The notes below the pieces were generated by a model. It did not search any database. It worked only from the letters and a program-made list of their open reading frames with translations, and was not told the DNA's origin. Below are positions 39,694 to 48,376 of a DNA stretch of 62,731 bases, piece by piece (the first letter of the stretch is position 1; every line of letters begins with the position of its first letter). The position numbers were made by a program, and so were the translations under genes. Source of the stretch: an uncultured virus (IMG/VR IMGVR_UViG_2519899798_000002) (lineage: Duplodnaviria; Heunggongvirae; Uroviricota; Caudoviricetes); IMG/VR virus record IMGVR_UViG_2519899798_000002, positions 62,001 to 124,731 of that record; one strand, 5' to 3'.

Positions 39694-39801
39694 ATCGATC
39701 CAAATGGCAGAAAGGTATAAACATTTCAACAATTCGTTCGATGCAATACATAACATGAAATATATCCCAAGGAAAACTATTACATAGAGAGAGTGAAGAG
39801 G

Positions 39802-39960
39802 ATGTTCATTTTGGATAAAGAGGCTAAGGTAAAATCAACTGGAGAGCGTGGGATTATTGAAGCGATCTATCCTGAAACAGAAACAGTAGAACTCTGTTAT
39901 TATGATGGAACTTATGATGAAAGACGTTTTGATGATGTTGTTATGGCAACAAGCAGTTAA
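39802..39960 (+). CDS. YorN-like small protein
   Basis: MFILDKEAKVKSTGERGIIEAIYP...ATSS*. Confidence 0.6.
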   Translation: MFILDKEAKVKSTGERGIIEAIYPETETVELCYYDGTYDERRFDDVVMATSS

Positions 39961-39995
39961 AATGCATGACAAAAATAAAAAATAGGGTGAGATAA

Positions 39996-40193
39996 TTGAA
40001 GTGTATTCAAATTGAAATGTCATTCACAGACGAATATGGACAGGTGACCAGATTAAATAAGACTTATAAACCGTCGATTATTGAAGAACATAAAGGGGAA
40101 ATCCCTGGATTGTTGCTAGATGATTTTAAGAGGTTCTTGTCGTCCCTTGGGTTTAATGAAAAACAGGTTTCTAGAATAGTAACAGAAGATTAA
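39996..40193 (+). CDS. yorO: YorO-like protein
   Basis: 65 aa, synteny. Confidence 0.6.
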   Translation: MKCIQIEMSFTDEYGQVTRLNKTYKPSIIEEHKGEIPGLLLDDFKRFLSSLGFNEKQVSRIVTED

Positions 40194-40225
40194 GATGTTT
40201 TTTATTGAGAGGAGGTGGTATTAAA

Positions 40226-40441
40226 TTGCCTAAATACTGGAGTTATCCTGTTGGGCTAGCTGTAGAAATTAACAATAATGCACGATATGGGTGCCCACAT
40301 CATGTGGGTAGAAAAGGAAAGATTATCGAGCATTTACATTCAGCTACATATGACTATGCAGTTAGCGATGAAACAGGTGACATTACTTACTTTAAAGAAC
40401 ATGAATTAACGCCACTAAAGGGAGGATTAACTTATGTTTAA
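40226..40441 (+). CDS. yorP: YorP (SH3-like)
   Basis: MPKYWSYPVGLAVEINNNARYGCP, 71 aa. Confidence 0.8.
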   Translation: MPKYWSYPVGLAVEINNNARYGCPHHVGRKGKIIEHLHSATYDYAVSDETGDITYFKEHELTPLKGGLTYV

Positions 40442-40589
40442 AAAAGGTCAAAAGGTAATTGTTGATTTCACAGACGAGATTGGAGCTGTTGCGAAAGTTG
40501 ATTATCGCTACAACCAGGTAGAAGTGAAGTATCCTGACGGTACTTACCAGGTTGTTGGATTTCATAAATTAAGAAAGGTGGAGGATTAA
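40434..40589 (+). CDS. yorQ: YorQ-like protein
   Basis: 51 aa, MFKKGQKVIVDF...RKVED*. Confidence 0.65.
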   Translation: MFKKGQKVIVDFTDEIGAVAKVDYRYNQVEVKYPDGTYQVVGFHKLRKVED

Positions 40590-41086
40590 TGACATTAATT
40601 ATCTTGGAGGGGCCTGATTGCTGCTTTAAATCAACAGTTGCAGCAAAGTTAAGCAAGAAACTGAAGTATCCAATTATCAAAGGTTCAAGCTTTGAGTTGG
40701 CCACAAGTGGAAATGAGAAGTTATTTGAGCACTTCAACAAATTAGCTGACGAAGACAATGTGATTATTGACAGGTTTGTTTATTCTAACTTGGTATATGC
40801 AAAGAAGTTCAAAGATTACTCGATCCTTACAGAACAGCAGCTTAGGATTATTGAGGATAAAATTAAATTGAAAGCGAAGGTTGTATACTTACACGCTGAT
40901 CCAAGGGTTATTAAGAAAAGGTTGAGTGTACGTGGAGATGATTATATAGAGGGAAAAGATATCAATTCAATTTTAGACTTGTACAGAGAAGTTATGATCA
41001 ATGCTGGATTACATACATATTCATGGGATACAGGACAATGGAGCAGCGATGAGATTGTAGAGGATTTGATTCAATTATTTGAGTGA
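40589..41086 (+). CDS. yorR: YorR, nucleotide kinase-like
   Basis: LEGPDCCFKST P-loop; IIDRF. Confidence 0.85.
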   Translation: MTLIILEGPDCCFKSTVAAKLSKKLKYPIIKGSSFELATSGNEKLFEHFNKLADEDNVIIDRFVYSNLVYAKKFKDYSILTEQQLRIIEDKIKLKAKVVYLHADPRVIKKRLSVRGDDYIEGKDINSILDLYREVMINAGLHTYSWDTGQWSSDEIVEDLIQLFE

Positions 41087-41123
41087 ACAAAAAGGAAGGA
41101 GTGAACTAACACTCCCCAGTAAA

Positions 41124-41471
41124 CTAACGTGCTTCTACTGTAATTTTATAAATAACATAATTGTCGTTAATGTCATATGCGTAAACTACTGCTGTGCCTA
41201 GTGATGAATAAGAAGATACAACACCACTTGAACTAATGCTAATTAGGTTGCTGCCAGATACTATTTCCCAACGTGTATAACCTTTTAATAGAGATACGTT
41301 AGAGTTTCTTAACATGTGATAATCAACTGTACTAATCGGATTACCTAGTTGTTTAACTTGGTCTACTGATTTGACAGGCGTTAGAGCTGAGGCTTGTGAT
41401 GTGAAAGCAGGGAGAGCCAGAGTGGTTAGAGATAAGGCAGAAACAATCAATCCTTTGTAAAACTTTTTCAT
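41124..41471 (-). CDS. secreted protein with Ig-like beta domain
   Basis: Sec signal MKKFYKGLIVSALSLTTLALPAFTSQASA. Confidence 0.75.
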   Translation of the reverse strand: MKKFYKGLIVSALSLTTLALPAFTSQASALTPVKSVDQVKQLGNPISTVDYHMLRNSNVSLLKGYTRWEIVSGSNLISISSSGVVSSYSSLGTAVVYAYDINDNYVIYKITVEAR

Positions 41472-41605
41472 AAGAATTACCTCCCAGGTTTTGATTGTGA
41501 TACAACTCTAGTCTAGCATGTTAAATATTTGAAATGTGTGAAGTGTTTGTGAAACTGATTAAAATTTGTCTTGTATACAAACTTAAAATTAGAGGAGTAG
41601 ATAGA

Positions 41606-41824
41606 TTGGATAGTTACCCAGAGTCCCTAAAAAAAGAGACAGAGGAGATTAAAGAGCGTGTTAGGAATGGAAATATCAAAGAAGACAGGATTAAAGAAAT
41701 TGCAGAAACGACAGTTGAGTTTTTGAAATCAGAGGAGAAAAGACATAAATACTTTTCTGAAGTTGCTGCAGCTATGGCTGATAACTTAAGTGAGTTTTTC
41801 AAATCGTATCTAAAAGGAGAGTGA
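41606..41824 (+). CDS. yorV: YorV-like protein
   Basis: 72 aa from TTG. Confidence 0.6.
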   Translation: MDSYPESLKKETEEIKERVRNGNIKEDRIKEIAETTVEFLKSEEKRHKYFSEVAAAMADNLSEFFKSYLKGE

Positions 41825-42192
41825 ATATGCTAACTGATCAAGAAAAAATTGACTTGGTAAACGCTCTTGATTTTGTAGTTATTGAACCACATACACAAAG
41901 CATTTACGTACATAACGATGAAAAGACCAATGGAGTATTAGCTAAGGTTTTGCACACTATTTCAGTAGATGAGTATATTGAGAGCTTTCAGAAAGGGATT
42001 CTAATTGATATCTTTCCAGCAGCAATGCAAGAAGCCGGTGCGGAAGGATTTAAAGATGGCCAGTTTGTGATTATGCCAAAGAAATTTTATGTTGATCAAT
42101 GTTATGCGATGAGTAAGGAAATCGAGCGGTTAACTAAACAAATGGATCTACACAATATTAAACCAAATACATATCGAGGCTTGATTCATTAA
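41821..42192 (+). CDS. yorW: YorW-like protein
   Basis: 123 aa, synteny. Confidence 0.6.
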   Translation: MNMLTDQEKIDLVNALDFVVIEPHTQSIYVHNDEKTNGVLAKVLHTISVDEYIESFQKGILIDIFPAAMQEAGAEGFKDGQFVIMPKKFYVDQCYAMSKEIERLTKQMDLHNIKPNTYRGLIH

Positions 42193-42231
42193 ATTGTTTC
42201 AAGAAAAAACGAAAGGATAAAGGGATGTTTA

Positions 42232-42459
42232 TTGAAAAAGTATTATGTAAGGTGTAAAGACAGCAAAGGTGAAAATGCGTCTCTAGTTATTGAGGCGCTA
42301 TCACCTGAGCATGCAAAAGAACAAGCATACGAAGTAAATGAGGTAAGGGATATTTATAATGTAAGTCTGGGAGAAGGAAGATCAAGGAATTATCTTGAAC
42401 GAAAATATTCTCCATACATAAAAAATGACAACGGCAAGGCTATAACTATCTTTTCATAA
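42232..42459 (+). CDS. yorX: YorX-like protein
   Basis: 75 aa, synteny. Confidence 0.6.
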   Translation: MKKYYVRCKDSKGENASLVIEALSPEHAKEQAYEVNEVRDIYNVSLGEGRSRNYLERKYSPYIKNDNGKAITIFS

Positions 42460-42473
42460 GGGAGGACGGCTCC

Positions 42474-42671
42474 ATGCGAATATCTGATCCAATAAAAGAA
42501 ACTCTCGTGCAAAATGTGGATCAACTTAGCAGTAAAATCGATGAGTTGTTCATATACCTTGAAAATGAGTTGCCTTCAACAACTGAAAGGCAATGGAAAA
42601 CAATAGACAAAAAATTCGGTGAGGTTTTTACTAAATCTAACGAATTACAAAATTACATAAGTTGTTTATAA
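42474..42671 (+). CDS. YorY-like protein
   Basis: 65 aa, GGAGG RBS. Confidence 0.6.
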   Translation: MRISDPIKETLVQNVDQLSSKIDELFIYLENELPSTTERQWKTIDKKFGEVFTKSNELQNYISCL

Positions 42672-42858
42672 AGGTGAGCAATATCCCTTTGAGTTAATGA
42701 CATCTGTGATACTTATTATTCAAAATCGCCTTTGTTTCTTAACAATTATTTATATGATTGGTAGCATTTATTAAAGAAAGAAGGTGATTTATGAGATTGT
42801 CTGTTTGATAAGTATTGGTGCCAGATGAGAATTATATTTATACAAAGGGGTTATTTTA

Positions 42859-43617
42859 ATGAACAAGTCTTTTTATCGAACGATCTTAGCATTAGTTGCC
42901 GTATTTGTGCTGGCCTTTGCAACATTTCCTCAGAATAGCGATGCAAAGAGTACAATTTCAACAGATAATATTGACAAGGGTAAGGTAAAATCAGAAGCAG
43001 AATTTATTGCAGATCACACTATTGATGTGAGCAAAAAGACTAAGGAAAAACTTCTTTCAAAGGCAAATAAGGCAATTGAAGACGGAGACATTAAGTATCA
43101 TAAATCAAACGAAAAAGTATTTGATAATGCATCAGTTAGGGCTATCAAGTATGATGATGGTACAGTAACTTATTCAGTTTCTTATTTATACGTGGACACT
43201 GAAAAAGTAGATAGAGTTAGTTCATTCAATGTTTCATTTGATAGCGATATGAATATTGAAGAATACTATGAAGTTGATATGAAGAAAATCAGCAGCACTC
43301 AAAACGAAATGAGTTATTGGGTTAATGGCGTTAAGGATGAAGACAAGTCTGGTGTCTTTGAAACAGAAAAATCTTTAGAAGATCAAACAAGCTCATCTAA
43401 CATGATGAGTACTCAGAGTTGGACTGGATGTGTATCAGATTGCTTAGGTGATAAGAATATTAGCCAATGGGCAATTACTGGTTTAGCTATTTTATGTGGA
43501 GCTGCATGCACAGCTGGTGTTCCAGCAACAGCAGGAACTGCTTGCTATGCTTGTGTAAATACTGCTGGTATTATTGGTGTAAATGCATTCTTTGATTGTA
43601 TGGAGAAGTGTAAATGA
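42859..43617 (+). CDS. secreted precursor with C-terminal 8-Cys bacteriocin-like domain
   Basis: signal peptide; charged pro-region; C-terminal CxxxC/CxxxC/CxxC/CxxxC in a hydrophobic Gly/Ala-rich tail. Confidence 0.7.
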   Translation: MNKSFYRTILALVAVFVLAFATFPQNSDAKSTISTDNIDKGKVKSEAEFIADHTIDVSKKTKEKLLSKANKAIEDGDIKYHKSNEKVFDNASVRAIKYDDGTVTYSVSYLYVDTEKVDRVSSFNVSFDSDMNIEEYYEVDMKKISSTQNEMSYWVNGVKDEDKSGVFETEKSLEDQTSSSNMMSTQSWTGCVSDCLGDKNISQWAITGLAILCGAACTAGVPATAGTACYACVNTAGIIGVNAFFDCMEKCK

Positions 43618-43778
43618 TCAATATCTTAAGTAAAATACTATTTATTTTGTCTGGTTGTGCATTGTTGATCTTTGGGATAATTTTAAAGAATGGATCAATG
43701 GCTTTTGGATTGTTTGCCTTATTCTTCATAGCGGCAATAATTGTTCGTGTATTTCATAAACGAACTGAAGACCATTAG
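43614..43778 (+). CDS. 54-aa two-TM protein, putative immunity (not in ORF track)
   Basis: ATGA overlap; MINILSKILFILSGCALLIFGIILKNGSMAFGLFALFFIAAIIVRVFHKRTEDH*. Confidence 0.7.
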   Translation: MINILSKILFILSGCALLIFGIILKNGSMAFGLFALFFIAAIIVRVFHKRTEDH

Positions 43779-43843
43779 CAGCAGCCATATTGTACTGTAG
43801 GGGAGGAAACTCTCCTACTCTTGAAAAATAGATAAAAAAACAA

Positions 43844-43872
43844 TAGACAAATACAAATAATATGTATATAGT
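43844..43872 (+). promoter_or_regulatory. sigA promoter with embedded SPBRE, upstream of yorZ
   Basis: TAGACA-N17-TATAGT. Confidence 0.8.
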
Positions 43873-43903
43873 TAAAATAACTTAGAGCAAAGGGAGAGGG
43901 TTA

Positions 43904-44116
43904 ATGAATCATATATGTGACATCTGTAAAGAGTACATTAACGGAAAAACAATTTGTCTTAGAATCAGCGATGATAAAACTTATGTAGACTTCAATTGTT
44001 GTGAAGGTTGTGCAAAGGGTTATTCCGAGAAAGTGAAGAAGGAATGCAGCAACTTAAGCGTTAAAAAGACATTAGAGTATTTAAGGCTAAACAACAAATA
44101 CAAAATAAGTGGATAA
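43904..44116 (+). CDS. yorZ: YorZ-like zinc-binding protein
   Basis: CDIC...CCEGC, 70 aa. Confidence 0.7.
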   Translation: MNHICDICKEYINGKTICLRISDDKTYVDFNCCEGCAKGYSEKVKKECSNLSVKKTLEYLRLNNKYKISG

Positions 44117-44226
44117 AATATTCCTTTTATCGAGAATTGTTTCTAAAAGTGAAAACGCCATAAAAACTTCTTATGGCGTCTGTCGAACAGGGAGGTGAGC
44201 CAAAAGGCTTTGGATTTACTCTGAGA

Positions 44227-44352
44227 TTAGTAAAGGAATGAAGCACCAACAATGATCAACAGGATGAACAACACCACGATCAATACGAAGCTGCTTCCAC
44301 CAGAGTATCCGCCGCCGGAGTATCCACCAGAATAACCACCGTAGAATCCCAT
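44227..44352 (-). CDS. yosA: YjcZ-family small sporulation protein YosA
   Basis: MGFYGGYSGGYSGGGYSGGSSFVLIVVLFILLIIVGASFLY*, AAAGGAGG RBS. Confidence 0.85.
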   Translation of the reverse strand: MGFYGGYSGGYSGGGYSGGSSFVLIVVLFILLIIVGASFLY

Positions 44353-44482
44353 ATTGCCACCTCCTTTAGTGAAGATAGTACATGATATGGCAAAGGTTAA
44401 AAATTCGACATGGATTTCAGTCTAAAAAAGAAAAAATGAAGTTTTTGTCTAAATTTAAGAATTAAGGAGAGGAGACAATTTA

Positions 44483-45031
44483 ATGACAAAGACCTGGTTC
44501 ATCAGCGATCCTCACTTTGGTCATAAGAATATCATCAAGTATGAAGGTAACAAACGAGTATTTAAAGACACTGAACATATGGACAATGTGATTATTGAGA
44601 ACTTCAATAAAACAGTTAGCGAAGGTGATACAGTCTTTTGGCTTGGAGACATGTTTTTCTGTAATTCAAAAAGAATCGAGTACATAGTGAGTCGGCTAAA
44701 GAAAACTAGAAACATTCTTATTAGAGGAAATCATGACAAAGGAATTTCAGACACAAAGTTTAGAAGACTTGGTTTTGATCCACATAGGATGTATCTCTAT
44801 GAGGATTATATCCTTACTCATGAACCAATTTCTCAGGTGAATATGAACAGATTAATTGAGGAATTTCAACTTTGCTGCAATGTACATGGGCATACGCACA
44901 GTGAGGAAACTGGTCTAGAAAAGCTAAGTCATGTATGTGTAAGTGTTGAGAATACTGACTTTAAACCAGTTACGTTGGGGTGGATTAACACAAAAAGGTG
45001 GGAAGGTGCAAGAAATCCTCATTGGAAATAG
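44483..45031 (+). CDS. yosC: calcineurin-like metallophosphoesterase YosC
   Basis: SDPHFGH, LGD, GNHD, HGHTH. Confidence 0.8.
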   Translation: MTKTWFISDPHFGHKNIIKYEGNKRVFKDTEHMDNVIIENFNKTVSEGDTVFWLGDMFFCNSKRIEYIVSRLKKTRNILIRGNHDKGISDTKFRRLGFDPHRMYLYEDYILTHEPISQVNMNRLIEEFQLCCNVHGHTHSEETGLEKLSHVCVSVENTDFKPVTLGWINTKRWEGARNPHWK

Positions 45032-45090
45032 AAAAGAATTTCCCGGGCAAGCGCAGTAAACGACAAATTAAAACAAAAGGAGATGAACGT

Positions 45091-45561
45091 ATGCAAACAT
45101 TAGATGCACCAATTTACGAAGTTAAACAGGAGAGTGACTGGTATAAGTCTGAGAAGAAACGAAAAGAAGACATTAACTCATTCTTTGATAAATTTGAAGA
45201 AAAGTATGGAGTGTAAGAGGGGTTTTCGTTTTATCACTCTGAGTATTTCGGAGTCTATGAAGGAACAGAAGCGTATGAAGTATTTAAAAACGACATTGTT
45301 AAAAATCCAGTAGATGGATTCTATGCTTTCAAAAAACGATCTAAGTTCTTCAAAGAAATAAAAACTATGATTGATCAAATTGAAGAGGTGAATCCCTTCA
45401 GGTCTCATGATGAACTTGGTTTAAACAACATGACTGGTCGCCAATGGATAGGTGATAGGTGGTTTTTTGGAGTTAAAACTGAACAGCTTGTTAAAGGAGA
45501 CAGTGTGGTTGCTACTGATTATAAAGATTATCTAAAAATTGTAATGGAGCATTTAGATTAA
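45091..45561 (+). pseudogene. hypothetical gene interrupted by in-frame TAA
   Basis: MQTLDAPIYE...KYGV*EGFSFYHSE...MIDQIEE...EHLD in one frame; TAA 45214-45216. Confidence 0.7.
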
Positions 45562-45616
45562 AACATACAAGACCATTAAACAACAAATCAAAACAAATAA
45601 TGAGGAGAGAATAATC

Positions 45617-45823
45617 ATGAACAATGAAAAATGGGTAGTTGAGGTCTATGCAGGTAAAGAATTCGTTGGAAAGATGACTGGCTTAGATGGAAAGGTAGCA
45701 GTATTTAATAAAAGAGAGCAAGCAATGACTGCAGCTCAAGAACTGAAAGCAGGAGGCTCATTAGGAGTATGGTGCAAGCTTGCAAAACTGGATGGGTGTG
45801 AAAATATTGCAGCTAGTCATTAA
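45617..45823 (+). CDS. hypothetical protein
   Basis: 68 aa, GAGGAG RBS. Confidence 0.7.
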   Translation: MNNEKWVVEVYAGKEFVGKMTGLDGKVAVFNKREQAMTAAQELKAGGSLGVWCKLAKLDGCENIAASH

Positions 45824-45983
45824 CATTCTTGAAATCACGGGTCTTTTGTTGATTGGAGTAGTTTCACTAGATACATATGGAACTAAAAGGAGAATAAAAC
45901 CTCAAATAGCTCTAGGATTATTAGTTCTAGCTGGTTTGTTATTCATGGCAGGTTTGGTTTTACAGATTATCAACAATGTCTAA
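45780..45983 (+). CDS. small membrane protein (start probably GTG ~45798)
   Basis: two hydrophobic segments. Confidence 0.6.
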   Translation: MQNWMGVKILQLVINILEITGLLLIGVVSLDTYGTKRRIKPQIALGLLVLAGLLFMAGLVLQIINNV

Positions 45984-46020
45984 ATAAAATTCAATTTTTA
46001 TCGTGAAAGGAGCAACTGAA

Positions 46021-46143
46021 ATGCAGGATAAATTAACGTCAGCAGTTCACTTTATTGAAGTCAATCGGGATGAAATGGGTGACAAGAAATCACTAAATAT
46101 GCTTCTAAAAGCATTAAAGAAGATCATCAATGAGGGAAGATAA
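46021..46143 (+). CDS. 40-aa protein (not in ORF track)
   Basis: AAGGAG RBS; MQDKLTSAVHFIEVNRDEMGDKKSLNMLLKALKKIINEGR*. Confidence 0.65.
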   Translation: MQDKLTSAVHFIEVNRDEMGDKKSLNMLLKALKKIINEGR

Positions 46144-46463
46144 TGAAGTTTCATATTCTTGAAGATAAACAAATGAGGGATATTGGTTTTACGGATCATG
46201 TGAAATCAAAGTGGTACTTCATAAAGTCAATTCAACCCAACATCACATTTAATTTAACAATACATAAAAAGAGTCTCAAGGGTGAAATTGACGTATTAGA
46301 TGAAAGATACTTACAGCCATATGATTATCAATACTATATGAAAGCTTGCACAAGAGCGGAACTTGAATTCCCATACGTTACTAATGATAAAGTGCAAGAA
46401 ATTATGGCTAATTTTATTGAACAAGGAATCATAACAGAATATGAAATGGGGAGCTACATTTAA
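46143..46463 (+). CDS. hypothetical protein
   Basis: 106 aa; DVLDERYLQPYDY. Confidence 0.75.
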   Translation: MKFHILEDKQMRDIGFTDHVKSKWYFIKSIQPNITFNLTIHKKSLKGEIDVLDERYLQPYDYQYYMKACTRAELEFPYVTNDKVQEIMANFIEQGIITEYEMGSYI

Positions 46464-46475
46464 GGAGGTGAATAA

Positions 46476-46898
46476 GTGGGGAGACATCAAGCTAAGTTTG
46501 AAGGCAAGATAATCAATAAATCATATGGATTGGACGCACTCGGTCGTTTTTCTGAATATGAGAAAATCGAACTCAACTGTTTCTTTGAAGGAATAATTGA
46601 CTTAGATCCAATTGAAGTTGGGGGCAAAGTATACATTCCTGGTTTTAATGAATATGTAGTTGTTACTGACAGACAACGCAACACAAATAATGAATGGACG
46701 TATCAGACTGATAAAATCATTAAAACAATTGAAGACAAAGAAAGCCTTGAAAAGGCGCTTCAAGAGCAAGCAAAACTTGAAGAAGAATGGCAACAGCGTG
46801 TAAGACAAGAAAATCAATGTGTTAAAGAAGAAAATGATAAGTGCAAAACTTCCTGGTGGAAACGTCTCTGGAGATTCATTAGAGCCGATGAGATTTAG
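46476..46898 (+). CDS. hypothetical protein
   Basis: 140 aa, AAGGAGG RBS. Confidence 0.75.
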   Translation: MGRHQAKFEGKIINKSYGLDALGRFSEYEKIELNCFFEGIIDLDPIEVGGKVYIPGFNEYVVVTDRQRNTNNEWTYQTDKIIKTIEDKESLEKALQEQAKLEEEWQQRVRQENQCVKEENDKCKTSWWKRLWRFIRADEI

Positions 46899-46943
46899 AG
46901 ATCTAAATAAAAGTTTTATTTTAAACAAAAGAGGAGGAAATAA

Positions 46944-47312
46944 ATGAATGACAATCTGAATAAATACTTGAATAATTTGGAGCATTTTATTGAGTTAATA
47001 GAAGAAATCATTAATTTCCTTCATGAAAGGAATTATAAACTTAATAAAAATGAAAAAGAGCATGCGAGAGAGTTAATGAAATGTTTTAAAGATCAATTAA
47101 ATTCTGAAGTTACCTCTATTAAGAAGATAAGAAAAATAGTTGGTTATGATGATATTTGTTTCAATAATTATTATGCAGGAATTAGCGATGCCTCAATAAG
47201 GATTTATAAAAAGTGGAATTCTATACCCAATGAAAAGTGGGTACATGAATTGGCGGATGCTAGACATTCAATTAGGCATTATCTGACTATCCTGAAGAGA
47301 AAATTAAAATAA
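46944..47312 (+). CDS. hypothetical protein
   Basis: 122 aa, GAGGAGG RBS. Confidence 0.7.
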   Translation: MNDNLNKYLNNLEHFIELIEEIINFLHERNYKLNKNEKEHARELMKCFKDQLNSEVTSIKKIRKIVGYDDICFNNYYAGISDASIRIYKKWNSIPNEKWVHELADARHSIRHYLTILKRKLK

Positions 47313-47321
47313 AATAAAAGG

Positions 47322-47576
47322 ATGATGACAATGAATGCGAAATTCGGATTATATGTTAAGGGAGCGCACGTTAAAACTTATGATGATGCTATCCAAGCTC
47401 ACAAAGATGCTATTTTTGCTCAAGAAGAAATTGGAGTTCCGCATGAGGTGATTCAAATGAATTTGCATATGGATGAGGCAATTGAATTCCTCAATAAATA
47501 TGATAACAGTTCAAAAAGCGCACAAGATGCTCAGGTATTGTTAAGAAATTTAAGGGAACTATTCCAACAAAACTAG
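47322..47576 (+). CDS. hypothetical protein
   Basis: 84 aa. Confidence 0.65.
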   Translation: MMTMNAKFGLYVKGAHVKTYDDAIQAHKDAIFAQEEIGVPHEVIQMNLHMDEAIEFLNKYDNSSKSAQDAQVLLRNLRELFQQN

Positions 47577-47627
47577 ATAAAATCACAGCTTTATTCAAAA
47601 TAAAATTAAAAAATAAGGAGATGTAAA

Positions 47628-47981
47628 ATGGGGGCAGCTAGACGTATTGATCCAACTCAACCATATGTAAAAAAGAAGAACATTATTAACTTTACAGTAG
47701 CCACTGAGAACACTCATATTCATTTAGCTGATGGACAATCTTTTCCTGTATTAAAAGGTGAGATTATTGCAACCGACCAACAGGGAAATCAATTTGTTGA
47801 ATTAGAAAAGAATCTAGGTGATTACGTTCCAGTTAAGAAGAGTTCCTTATATGAAAGTATGGCACAGGGCTACATGGAAATGGGCAACATTAATCGTGAG
47901 ATATCAGAAGCATTCAATTACGCTGAAAATGAAGCTGAAACAGTGACTACAAAATTAATTACAGGGGCTTATAACGATTAG
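47628..47981 (+). CDS. yosL: YosL, MazE-mimic MazF inhibitor
   Basis: 117 aa; C-terminal ESMAQGYMEMGNINREISEAFNYAENEAET resembles the B. subtilis MazE C-terminus. Confidence 0.85.
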   Translation: MGAARRIDPTQPYVKKKNIINFTVATENTHIHLADGQSFPVLKGEIIATDQQGNQFVELEKNLGDYVPVKKSSLYESMAQGYMEMGNINREISEAFNYAENEAETVTTKLITGAYND

Positions 47982-48376
47982 TGATCATTACATATGAGAG
48001 TAAAACAGGCAATGTAAAAAGGTTTGTAAAAGCGCTGCAACACAAATCAGATATTAAGGCAATTGAAATAACAGATGATACCATCATCAATCAAGAGTTC
48101 ATACATATTACATACACGATTGGCTTTGGGGAAGTGCCTGAAAGGACATTGAATTTTATTAATAAGAATAAAAATAAAATAAGAGGAGTTGCTGTTAGTG
48201 GAAACAAGGTTTGGGGTGATAACTATGGTTTAGCTGGAGACAAGCTCTCAGCTAAGTTCCACACACCATTGTTATTAAAGTTTGAACTTAGTGGAACGAA
48301 ACAAGACTTACAGAAGCTCATTCAGGAGGTACAACTTATTGACAAACACAATACCAAAGTGGATCAAGCTCAATAA
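47981..48376 (+). CDS. nrdI: class Ib RNR flavodoxin NrdI (YosM)
   Basis: YESKTGNVKRF, TYTIGFG, SGNKVWG, KFELSGT. Confidence 0.95.
   Translation: MIITYESKTGNVKRFVKALQHKSDIKAIEITDDTIINQEFIHITYTIGFGEVPERTLNFINKNKNKIRGVAVSGNKVWGDNYGLAGDKLSAKFHTPLLLKFELSGTKQDLQKLIQEVQLIDKHNTKVDQAQ

Noticed and set aside
44290..44345. GC-rich short repeats
   Set aside because: Explained by the GGYSG repeats of YosA
48282..48338. N-terminal extension of nrdE in the ORF track
   Set aside because: GGAGG RBS supports TTG at 48339
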